The notes under the pieces: model-generated | What the model saw: only the letters and a program-made list of their open reading frames with translations | What the model was told of the DNA's origin: nothing | Database searches by the model: none | Assembly (NCBI GenBank): GCA_001244265.2 | Contig: CDLV01000008.1 | Span: 1-64,000 of the forward strand | DNA length: 64,000 bases | Direction of reading: 5' to 3' | Source of the DNA: Microbotryum violaceum | Lineage: Eukaryota | Shown here: in pieces, positions 15,997-26,380 of the stretch | How the letters are laid out: each line of letters starts with the position of its first letter | How positions within the stretch are numbered: the first letter of the stretch is position 1 | Program-made: the position numbers and the translations under genes

Positions 15997-17526
15997 CTCA
16001 TAGGGGACCCCTGAAGGACCCGGAGATCGACCTTCGTGCGTGGTTCGAATCGCTGCGAGCACCTCGGCCTCGCTGATGGGCTCGGCCAGAATGTCGACGT
16101 GCGAATTCGAGAACCGCCGAAGGAAGCGAGCGTCGGAAAGCGGGTCGTCACAAGGTCTTGCTGATCTGATGGGTCCCAAGAGCTCATCCCGCATCGTCAC
16201 GATCTGTTCCGGATCCTTCGCTTCGACAAGGTAGTGCTGCTGGAAATGAGAATGGGTGTGCTCGAGCGTGCGCTCCATGTCAGTGGTGAGCTCGCCATCA
16301 GCGAGCCGGATACTCTGAAACTTCACATCCCGGGACCGAGCAGCCAGTTTGGCATGTACCGGACGACTGAGACGTTCCTCGGATGCAATCTCGGGCACGT
16401 GCGCCCTGATCCGGGACTGCCTTGCTCGCTCGTTCACAAGTTTGGTGAGAGCGTCGTGGGTGTTCGTCCAGTCGATAATATCGAAGGGGCTCAGCACCCG
16501 ACGAGACTCAATGTCCTGCAGTCGAGATACCAGCATCATTTCGAGGGCGTTGCGCTCCCGAAACAGACGCCGAGACAGCTCGAGAGCTTGGACCCGAGAC
16601 TCCGAGAGTACGCGCTGAAGGTCCGCGACCGGATCCCCAGACGGTGCCTGCTCAAGGAGACGAGTGACGAACTCCTTAAACTCGGCGTGTCTGAAGGTCG
16701 ACGAGTTGATGCGGGTCAGAAAATGAGCCGCCTGGGGAAGGCAGAGCTCCTCTTCGACCTCGGCACCACTTGCGCGCAGCCTAAATGTGACCGTAACCGG
16801 TCGATGATCCGACATGGATCGAGAGATATTGTACAGAGTAGAAGCAGAAACGACCCGTCGCTCGTGTCGCCGCTGCACCAGAACAAAGTCGATGCGCGCG
16901 CGCGAAATGAGCTGGCCGTCCTTGCTGAGATGTGGGCGCGTGGTCGCCGGCGACAGTGGGTGCATGAGCCGAATGGCATCCGTGTACGCCCCGTCGAGCC
17001 GAGACATAAGCACAGGCCAGTGGTGGGTGTTCGGGCGGTCCACCTGTTGCGCTCGATCCACCGCGGGAATAGGGCAGTCGTTCAGATCGCCCGCGATGAA
17101 CCGAATGTGAGAGGAGACGGTCGCCCGAAAGTGAAGGGAGGTGAAGAAGAGGAGGCGCTCGGCGGGTTGAACCGGAGCGTAGATATTGTTGAGTTCGACG
17201 ACGTCCGTCGAACCCCGCACATCGAAGGTGGTCACGAGTAAGCGCCCGCCAAGAGACTGACGCGTGCGACGATGACCACCGAGAAGAGGAGAAGAGCTTG
17301 GAATCAAAGTGAGGCAGTGTTGAGAAAAGTAGGCCTCGCCCTGGTGGGACTGGGCGTACTCGTGGCGTATGTGAGATTGTCGTGCTTTAGGAACATTATG
17401 TTCCTGGAGAAGGATAGCAGAAGGGGGAGGTGTGAGCGAAGTGAGATACGAAAGAAGCAGACGACGTCGTTCAGGGGTATTGAAGCCCCTGTTGACGTTC
17501 CAGGTCATGATGATGAACTCAATCAT
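15997..17526 (-). pseudogene. Family C ORF2 N-terminal part (AP endonuclease), truncated before the RT core
   Basis: ORF 15943..17526 has TWNVNRG, LLQEHN, NIYAP, AGDLND, ARIDFVLV and SDHRPV, and ends at [12 protein letters not shown]. Confidence 0.9.
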
Positions 17527-19497
17527 TACGATCGCGCCTTCGTTGCAGCAGCAGCTCCCTTGATGGACAACATAGGTCCGAATGTGGGTGGCGGGAGAGG
17601 GTCCGCAGCAGTCGATTCGTTCCAGTCCGATGTGCGCGCAACGCTGGTGAGACGCTGGATACGCTCGGACCGGCGAAGACCCTGGGAAGTTCCTTCTTCC
17701 ACCTCCTGCTTGGGCTCGGGCTCGGGATCACACACTGGACCTGGAGACGGCGAAGGCATCCAACCGGTCACAGACGGGGTGCGGTCCAACTCGGTGATCT
17801 CATCGTACAGACCGGCATCCTGTTTGCGCTCGCGATCCGACACACGATTCATCCAGTCGTCAGGAAGGCCGTCCATATCAAGCTGATGGTGACTGGCCGA
17901 TCGGAACCGCGTCAGCTCAGGGGTCGTCGAGACAACCTCAGGCATAGACCCCGTCTCGGCCGACTGCGATTCCCCTTCTTCCGCGTCACTCGTCTCCGTG
18001 TGTTCCTCCTGGTTCCCCTCCGCTCCGCGGTCCTGCAGATCCGACAGATCCGAAGGCTCCAACGGCGGCACCTCCTGCTGTGGTTCCAGCTGTGCCTCGA
18101 CTACGCTCATCTCGTCCTCGAGAGCCTGAGCGGGCTCCCCCTGCGCCTCTTCGGCCACGTCGCCGGCCAGACTTGCGAATGGGTTTGCGGCGACGATGAA
18201 ACCGCGAAGGGCGGATGCTGTGGGTGTAGAGCTTTGTGAACGAGCAGGGTAGACTCGTGGTGAGTTGTTAGTGGCCCTTGTGGGAAATGCGTTCTTCTTT
18301 GAACGCTTGGACGCGACAGGGGACATTGGGGAGAGGGAGAGGCTACATCACCTCTGCGTTGTTTTTGGGGGGTCGAGGTTTGCTCGATGCTGCTTTGGGG
18401 CTCGGCCTGGGGCCTTTGGTTGTTATTATTTTTCTGGGCGGCCTGCTGACGCTGGACCGGCTTTTGAACGCAGTTGTCGGAGTGGCCTACAAAACCGCAT
18501 CGGCGGCAGGAGGCTTCGGCCTCGTAGTCGTGGCGAAGGGGGGTGAGAGTTGCGAGTCGTCCTCGAAGGTCGATCCTCGTCGGTAGAACCTGTCGAAGTT
18601 GAGCACCGTTGTTTTTGAACAGATCGTCGTCGTCGAACTGGACGATGGCCGCGTAGTTTCCTCGAGCAACGAGATACGAGCCTTGAACGACTGTTAGAGG
18701 CTGCTGGAGTTGGAGCAAGTCGCATTTGTGGCCGTCCCCGGTAAGCTTGGCGACGACGCCTTGCAGTTTGCTCCAGAGGTCGTCACTCGTGTATTCAGCC
18801 TCAGGACTGATGATGAAACGCAGTTCGACGACGTTCTTGACGAACGCCAAGCGCTTGCGGACTTGGGCAAAGGAGCGTTTCCACTCGATCTTGGTCGCCG
18901 CGTCGTGGACTTGGTCGAGCGCCGCTGCGCTAGCGCAGCGCACCACGAACTTGAACCGGGTGTTGCCGTTTTGGATGATCGACTCCGGTGCGACTCCATG
19001 GATGACTGGAGCGTATTTCTGGAGCTCGGGGGGAGGACAACTCCTGCGGGCAGGTTAAAACACAACGACGTGTCGGGCGACAGGGTACGGAGCACCTTCG
19101 AGTACAACTCGGACTGCTCGCGTTCAGTGGCCACACCGGTGTGTTCGAACGTGACTTCAAGAACGGCACCAGACGTGTCGGCGATTGGTTTCGTTGCATT
19201 GAGTGCGCTAAAGCGCAGGGAGGTGGCCCGGTCCTTGCCGAAGCCGAGTGCTTCTTTGAGCACAAGGATGCGGGTGCCCTGGCGTGTGCCATCTTCGACA
19301 CTGATCATCTTCAGGATCCTCGCGACATCCTCCTTCCTCTTCTTCTCTTCATCACGCTTTTCCTGGTACAGCGCTAGGCCGGGGTTCCCTGGTCCCTCGG
19401 CGGCATCGGCCTCCGCCCCCGCGTCACCACGTGGTTGCCCCGTCGCTGCCGGCTCCGGAGGGCCGCGGCCCGGATCAGGCGGTGCCTGGTCGGACAT
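17526..19497 (-). CDS. Family C ORF1 (gag-like nucleic-acid-binding protein), read across two apparent frameshifts
   Basis: Starts MSDQAPPDPG, has the knuckle-like CRRCGFVGHSDNC and a low-complexity acidic C-terminus. Made of ORFs 18694..19635, 18107..18946 and 17526..18326. Its TAA overlaps the ORF2 ATG. Confidence 0.75.
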
Positions 19498-19570
19498 TGG
19501 GTCGATAGCTGATGTAGCGGTTGATGTATTCGATGTATTGACGTTTGCCGAGGTAGGGTAGTGCGATTGA

Positions 19571-19598
19571 GATGAAAGATGAAAGATGAAAGATGAAA
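19571..19598 (+). repeat. (GATGAAA)4 heptamer repeat at the 5' end of element C
   Basis: gatgaaagatgaaagatgaaagatgaaa, read directly. Confidence 0.9.
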
Positions 19599-19602
19599 AA
19601 GA

Positions 19603-20314
19603 TTTTTTTTTTTTTTTTTTTTGTATGAAACTCATCGCTAATTTGCAAGACGAGAAAACCCCCTACGGAACTAAAGGAGATGCTACCCAGCATGCACGAT
19701 GATGACCACAACCGCCGCTTGATGCGTTGTAACTAGCAGAACAGACCAACCCGATACATCCGAGTTCAAGTCCCCCCACCCACGGTTGCTCCCTCCCAGA
19801 GACGAATGAAAGGAAGGTTGAAGATTATACACAAGGAATCGGGAAAAGATGGATGAGTCGTTGGTGATGGTACATGTGTTGTACAGGCGAATCCGATTAT
19901 AGTCGTACAGTTGAACCTTCTTCGATCTTTTGACTTCAGCCCCCCCCTGAGACCGCCATACTCCTTGAAGCCCCTTAATTCTTTGAGACGCGTCGAACAA
20001 GGCCTCCGATGGCACAAACATCCCGCTCAATCCAAATGATTCACGTGGTCCAAAGGGGAATGTAACCCCCTGCGACCGCAGCAATCACATACCCCTTGTA
20101 CCCGTCTGCGCTGGATCTCCACCGCGGATTCCAAACCCCTTTTCGGTTACCAAAGTCGGCCCCCCCTCGCGACCGCACGACCCCAGATCACCCCCATTCC
20201 AATGACTGCAACTGCGAAACAGGCCTACTTCGCACAAAAACACACAATCCAGAGATTTCCGGGGAAAGTCACGGAGCATGTGACAGTCCATTGGACACGC
20301 CTCGGTCGGGTGCA
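19603..20314 (-). mobile_element. Orphan poly(A)-tailed unit D of about 0.7 kb, non-coding; probably a 5'-truncated LINE 3' UTR or a non-autonomous element
   Basis: Poly(T) at 19603-19622, same orientation as its neighbours, no recognisable ORF, and the same pre-tail motif as A and B. Confidence 0.6.
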
Positions 20315-20318
20315 GCGC

Positions 20319-23300
20319 TTTTTTTTTTTCAGCGTTTTTTTTTTTTTTTGTAGAAAACGTTCATCATATTGCCCCCAGTTCCTGTTCCCCCTGTTTTGGC
20401 CTACGGAAAAACTAGATTGAAGACTACGATGATAACACAAACCGCCCGCAAAAGTGCGAGAAACGAGCCAAGTCCACCAATCCGAGATTCGGATTCAAAT
20501 GCCCTAGCCAAGCGGTTGCTCCCCCCCGGAGACTAATGAGAGAGAGAAAGAGAGATGAAGAGAAAAAGAAAGAAAAGAAAAGTACTAACGACAGAAGGCC
20601 CACCCCACAGCCACTTCCCACTCGGTCGAGACGAAGACAAGAGCACGACTGCGCAACCACCACGACCCTCGACGCTCCAAGTCTCTGCTCAGTCACAACA
20701 AGACGCGGTGAAGGTCCCTCAAAACCTCCCCCATCGGCAGTCCCTGGCCCCTCAAAGCCGACTTTCTGCCTGTGTCCGCTGATCCCTCCCTTGACTCAGA
20801 ACCCCGAAGCCGAAGAGCGCGAGCCACACCGAGTCGACGCCAAATCGCGAGATGGTCCATGATCCGCAACGATGAACCTGTAACAAATGAAAGATGAAAG
20901 CGATCTATTTAGTGTACAGTAGGAGAAAATGATGTCACGAGAATTTGGTGTGTGTGTGTGTGTAGTGGTGGTGGGGGGAAAGTCGAACCCAGCCTCTACT
21001 GCCCTCTCCTCCCCCAAGCTCCTCCCGCCCTCAGCTTCAACCTCTCCTCCAAGATGATCCTCCTCCTCCCAACACCCTCCATCCTCGTCCCCCACTTTTG
21101 CATCCCCCACCTCCCGCTGCTGATCATCTCCAAGACCAGCCCGGTGAATATTTCGATCGTCCTCCCCGCTCCTTCTTGATCGCGTAGACTGGCCTTGAGC
21201 TTCGGAAGTCCGAACATGCGTTGAACAGCCGTGTAATGCGTGTTGTCGATCGTGTCGAGCCCCAGTGCGTCGCAGAGCACGCTCCTTGCCGCGATCCAAA
21301 CGTTCCCAGAGTCAACGCAGTCGAAAAAGTAGTGGTCGGTGTCGTCCACCGGCGCTTCGCAGACGAGGCACGCGGGAGAAGTGTCGTGATTCTGTTGGTG
21401 TTGCAGCTTGCGCGTCGGGGTGAAGCGGAGAATCAGCTTGAACCAAACTTCCCTCTCCCTCGCCGTCAGTGCCTTCGAGTTGACCGCCTTCCAAAAGCTC
21501 CTGAGGTCGTCCGGCTGCGGTGGTCCCTTGAGCCCGAGCGTGTTGGTAAAGGCCTTCGCGTTCAGGACCCGGCGGATGCGACGGATGGTGTACGGTCGAG
21601 CCATGTTCAGCAGCTTGTACTGGCTCGCCTGCTGTGGAAGCACCGGGTCCGGAAGGCGCTGCTCCATTGCGAAGCGGGCCACGGGCTTGGGGAGAATCGC
21701 CTCGAGTGGTGCGCTGGTGCCGATCCGGGGAGGCACGTTGAGCCGTCCTGCCGCCACCGCCACCGCCAAGGGCGTGTTCTTGTGTCGATCGACAGTGAAC
21801 CGGTACCAGGCCGCGATTGCCAGTCGCTGCGGGAGCCCGCGTCGATCGTACTCGCTGTTGTCGCCGAGCACATCCGCCGGCGGCGTCCAAAGGTGAAACC
21901 CCCCACCCGCATACAACTCGCGCCGGTAAAGATCCGCCACCTTCGGGTAGCCCTGGAGACGAAGGTAGTCAGGTATATGAACCGCGTCGATGGTCTGTCT
22001 CCCTCTGATGGGGGTGTGGAGGCTGCCGAGCAAGGTGGGAAGCGCGAGCAGGTTCGCGGTGGTCAAGGTCCTCGGGTTGACCTGCGCGTCTTGCTGTTTC
22101 GGAACCCCCAAAGCTGCTCGCCATCGGGGATGGAGGTCGCTGGGGATGGGAGTGGATGGATGTGGCCAGAGATCGGTGGCCAGGTCGAGGTCGGACTGAG
22201 CTCGCTGGAGTGCCGCGCGCGCAAGTCCTTGCCAGATCGCGCCCGAACCGCCGAGAAGAACGTCCCAGATCCGTGCCGCAACCGCGTCCACGACGTCCTG
22301 CATCCTGATCACCCCGAGTCCCCCTTGAGCTTGGCTGTGAACACGATATCTCTGCCGTAGCTGGTCCTGCCCTTGCCCCCACGGACGAAATCGACGAGCA
22401 TGTCATCGAGCTTCTTGACGACTTCGGGCGGCGGGATGTCGGCTGCAAGGAAGTGCAGGATCTTGGGGATGGCGTACCGATTGACGTAAAAGGCACGGGT
22501 GTGGTGTGTGAGCCAGCGATGCTGAACCCCTTCCAGCGTCGCCTCGAGGCGTTCGATGAGATTCGCGTAGGCGAGTTCGGTGTCGCCGCTCGGGTCGAAG
22601 GGGAGGCCGATCCACTCGAGCGACTCGCCTGCGGCCTTGACGACGAGCGGGCGTTGCCCCGGGTCCCAGCGGCGTCCGATCGGTAGGACGACCGTCTTGT
22701 CCGTGTTGAGCCGGCCATTCGTTGCATGCCTCCAGTCGAGCGCCAGGTCATCGAGCAAGTTGAGTGACCCCAAGCTCGCGACGGCGACGACAACGTCATC
22801 GGCAAAAGCAAGCGATGTAATGGCGCGGCTCTGTGGGTACGGATGAAGTGCAGGTATGGAGAGATTCAGCGCGATGTTTCGACGGTGTAGAGCATCCAGA
22901 AACGGCTGAAACACGATGTCCCAGACCGACGACGACGCCGGGTCCCCTTGGCCGAGCCCACACGTCAGTCGTACCGGCACCGTCAAGAACCCATTGATGA
23001 TGTAGCGGGCCGAGGTCGAGTCACCCGAGTAGAGCATCCTCAGCACGCGAAGAAAGGTGGCAGGAGCGCCCAGAGCGTCAAAGATGGCAAAGATCCAGTC
23101 ATGCTCGACGAGGTCGTAGGCGGACGATTGGTCAAGAGATAAGAGTGCGGCCGCGGGGAACTCGGTCCTGCGCGCGCCAACTTCCTCGATCAGGAGACGA
23201 AGGTGTAGTGCAGCGTCAGCCGATCGGCGGTCCTTGACGAATCCGTGCTGCTGCGGCGGGAGGAGATCGGGTAGAATCTGGTTCAAACGGGCGACATAGA

Positions 23301-24124
23301 CCTTGGTAAAGATCTTGTAATCGCACTCGCCCAGGGTGATCGGCCGGTACGACGAAAGTTCGGCGCGATCGGCATTCTTCTTGTGTCGCTTGAAGATGAG
23401 GCGCACGAGTCCTTGGCCCTGCTTGGGAGAGAGTGAGCCTCGCTCTATCATCGCGTTGTAGGCCTTGGTCAGCACCTTGGCCCATGCCTTGGGTGCGGTC
23501 TGGTAGAGTTCGTAGGGCACGCCCGACGGTCCCGGCGATCGCCCCGGGTGCGTCGTCCCGATCGCGGCCACGACCTCGTCCTCGGTGATTGGTCGCTGGA
23601 GTAAGTCGTTCTGTGATTCCGAGAGTCGGCGCAGAAAGAGAGGATCGAGCGCGGGTCGTCGCAAGTCCGCGCCGCCCTGATCGGCGCGAGGAAATCGTCC
23701 CGAAGTCGGTCGACGCGGTCCGGGTCACGAGGCTCGATGTGGTAGAGGCGCTGGAAATGCGCCTGCGTGTGGTCAAGAGCGACATCAATGTCATGCGTTA
23801 GCTCTCCGTTGCTCAAGCGCAGTGCTGTGATCTTGGAGTCCGAGTTCCGCGCCGCGAGCTTGGCGTGGACCGGCCGCGACAGTCGTTCCTCGGAGGCGAT
23901 CTCGGGTACGTGGGCTCGGATCCGGAGTAGGCGCGCGCGCTCCTCGACCGCCCGCTTGAGTTCCTCGGACGTCCTTGTCCATTCTGCCGTTTCCGCCTCC
24001 CCCATTCCGGTATCGCCTCCAGATCCTGCACCCTCCCCACCAAATACTCCATCCGTTCCGTCCGCTCCCGATGCAGCCTCCTCGCCATCTCCCCACCCCT
24101 ATCCCTGCACGCCTTCAGAATGAC
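20319..24124 (-). mobile_element. LINE B2, 5'-truncated: linker, RT, zinc finger, 3' UTR and poly(A)
   Basis: ORFs 23469..24005, 22309..23664 ([23 protein letters not shown]) and 20996..22312 (CLVC...HYFFDC). Poly(T) at 20319-20349. Confidence 0.93.
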
Positions 24125-24920
24125 TTTTTTTTTTTTTGTAGAAAACGTTCATCATATTGCCCCCAGTTCCTGTTCCCCTGTTTTGGCCTACGGAAAAACT
24201 AGATGGAAGACTACGATGATAACACAAACCGCCCGCAAAAGTGCGAGAAACGAGCCAAGTCCACCAATCCGAGATTCGGATTCAAATGCCCTAGCCAAGC
24301 GGTTGCTCCCCCCCGGAGACTAATGAGAGAGAGAAAGAGAGATGAAGAGAAAAAGAAAGAAAAGAAATGTACTAACGACAGAAGGCCCACCCCACAGCCA
24401 CTTCCCACTCGGTCGAGACGAAGACAAGAGCACGACTGCGCAACCACCACGACCCTCGACGCTCCAAGTCTCTGCTCAGTCACAACAAGACGCGGTGAAG
24501 GTCCCTCAAAACCTCCCCCATCGGCAGTCCCTGGCCCCTCAAAGCCGACTTTCTGCCTGTGTCCGCTGATCCCTCCCTTGACTCAGAACCCCGAAGCCGA
24601 AGAGCGCGAGCCACACCGAGTCGACGCCAAATCGCGAGATGGTCCATGATCCGCAACGGTGAACCCGTAACAAATGAAAGATGAAAGCGATCTATTTAGT
24701 GTACAGTAGGAGAAAATGATGTCACGAGAATTTGGTGTGTGTGTGTGGTGGTGGTGGGGGGAAAGTCGAACCCAGCCTCTACTGCCCTCTCCTCCCCCAA
24801 GCTCCTCCCGCCCTCAGCTTCAACCTCTCCTCCAAGATGATCCTCCTCCTCCCAACACCCTCCATCCTCGTCCCCCACTTTTGCATCCCCCACCTCCCGC
24901 TGCTGATCATCTCCAAGACC
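24125..24920 (-). mobile_element. LINE B3, a short 5'-truncated copy (ORF2 tail, 3' UTR, poly(A)) with 6-bp TSD AATGAC
   Basis: Nearly identical to 20335-21138. Poly(T) at 24125-24137. AATGAC at 24119-24124 and 24921-24926. Confidence 0.92.
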
Positions 24921-24991
24921 AATGACCTCGAAGTCATTCTTTTGGTTGACTCTGGGTGCACATGCTCGACCCACCACTGTATCAAGTTACC

Positions 24992-25079
24992 GGTCTGCTG
25001 GCCCAATGGTTAAGGCGCTTGACTACGACCCGTTAACCTGTACATCAAGAGATTCCAGGTTCGAGTCCTGGGTAGATCA
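24992..25079 (+). tRNA. tRNA-Arg(ACG) with a 15-nt intron (25029-25043)
   Basis: Cloverleaf: acceptor GGTCTGC/GTAGATC, D-arm GCCC-AATGGTTA-AGGC, anticodon stem CTTGA/TCAAG with CT-ACG-A, intron at 37/38, T-arm CCAGG-TTCGAGT-CCTGG. A T-run terminator follows at about 25097-25106. Confidence 0.95.
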
Positions 25080-25339
25080 CTGAAGCCTCCCAAAGCCTTT
25101 TTTTTTGCACAGTTTGTCCGGCGCTCGTCGTACGACATGCACAGTGCACCCCGACGGACCCGGGGACTCAACCCACGTGTCCATCTGCCCCCTCTTGTTC
25201 TTTTTTGGTAGCAACCAGGTGCGGCGGACCGTAATCGTTGACCCGTTGCAATGCGATGTACTTTGCTGCAACAGCTGCGATACTGTTCAGTAATGGAAGC
25301 CTAGAGGTTGAAGTCGGGAGAGGACCGCGCGACGATAAT

Positions 25340-25860
25340 CAAATGTACACAGCCTTGATTTCATTACATTATCCGCTTCTCCGTTCTCAGTCCGATGAAG
25401 CAGAACTCTGACACGGTCCACATAAGTTGCTGCCAGGGACAACGCGACATACAACTGGCCGTGAGAAAAGACGGGCGTCTCCAGACACACTCTTACTTGC
25501 GCGAGTGACTGCCCCTGCAACTTGTTGAACGTCATAGCCATTGCCAGCCGATTCGGAAACTGCGTCCGATGCAGAGTGAACGGAAGCTCAGCTGATGACC
25601 CTGTCTTCAGCGTGATCCGTGGCAACAAAACGGGCTATCCAGCATGATCTTCTGTGAGAATGATAGCCTCGAGCACGGGTGTGTGTGACCGAGTTGACAA
25701 CAGTCTTGTGCCGTTGCACAGCCCCGCGGCGGAGTCCAAGTTTCCGAGGAGCATGACGGGACATCCCACTTTGAATTTTGCAGCGTGCAACACCATCCCG
25801 GGGATGTTGAGACTCTGAAGGCACTCGATCAAGAACAGTGATTCGTCAACGGGAAGGCAT
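25340..25860 (-). pseudogene. Helitron PIF1-like helicase C-terminal relic
   Basis: KVGCPVMLLGNLD...GLCNGTRL and LPRITL...[20 protein letters not shown]...[13 protein letters not shown] are degenerate versions of the Helitron helicase motifs. The frame is broken. Confidence 0.85.
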
Positions 25861-26168
25861 TGCTTCGGATCCCCTGTGATGTTACAGTCCAACCGGTCAG
25901 TTAGTCATGCTGCCCTGCGTTTTGCTTTTGAAAGATTGGCACACACCTGCCAACGCGACGGTCATTCCACCGAACCGAGCCGTTGAGGATCTGCCACGGG
26001 ATGGTGAGCCGTACTCCACGCGACCAGAGCCTGTTAAAACTATCAGTATTCTTGCTGTTGTCCATCTGTAGCAATGGCAGTGAAGACTCACATTTAGTAG
26101 TGTCCCATTGAACCGTCATTGGAAAGATTTATAAGAAAGGTTCTATAATAGATCCTCACACTTCCCCT

Positions 26169-26207
26169 TGGTCTCCCGAACCGGGGTCGAACCGGTGACC
26201 TCGGGAT
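26169..26207 (-). pseudogene. Isolated tRNA 3' half (positions 38-76 including CCA), tRNA-Tyr-like
   Basis: The minus strand reads A-TCCCG-AGGTC-ACCGG-TTCGACC-CCGGT-TCGGGAG-A-CCA. G72/A73 fits eukaryotic Tyr. No 5' half lies next to it. Confidence 0.7.
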
Positions 26208-26239
26208 AATTGGGACTTAGAGTCAATGCATTGCAATAG

Positions 26240-26307
26240 CCTGGCACCAGTGCAAAGGTCTAAGGGGAAGTATTGAAGGTGTTAGTAGACCTTGCACTGA
26301 TACCAGG
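26240..26307. repeat. Imperfect hairpin of about 22 bp directly upstream of the tRNA-like unit
   Basis: cctggcaccagtgcaaaggtcta (26240-26262) pairs with tagaccttgcactgataccagg (26286-26307). Confidence 0.85.
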
Positions 26308-26380
26308 GGCCGGATAGCTTCAGTGGTCAAAGCTTTTCCAATTAATGGAACTGACCCAGGTTCGATTCCTGGTCCAGCCG
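26308..26380 (+). ncRNA. tRNA-like 73-nt element (pseudo-tRNA or SINE head) with a non-canonical anticodon arm, nominally TTA
   Basis: Acceptor GGCCGGA/TCCAGCC (one mismatch), D-arm GCTT-CAGTGGTCA-AAGC, anticodon arm TTTCC-AATTAAT-GGAAC, T-arm CCAGG-TTCGATT-CCTGG. T-rich sequence follows. Confidence 0.7.

Larger units (their letters stand above)
15997..19602 (-). mobile_element. LINE family C, 5' part: 5' UTR, ORF1, and ORF2 endonuclease plus linker, broken at GPSGVPYE
   Basis: ORF1 starts at ATG 19497 and ORF2 at 17526. The linker [26 protein letters not shown] is shared with family B. Confidence 0.9.

Noticed and set aside
19760-19785. B-box-like GAGTTCAAGTCC in unit D as a tRNA
   Set aside because: No cloverleaf or matching A box.
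25295-25340. CTAG as the Helitron 3' terminus
   Set aside because: There is no convincing subterminal hairpin, and the following base is not the expected T.
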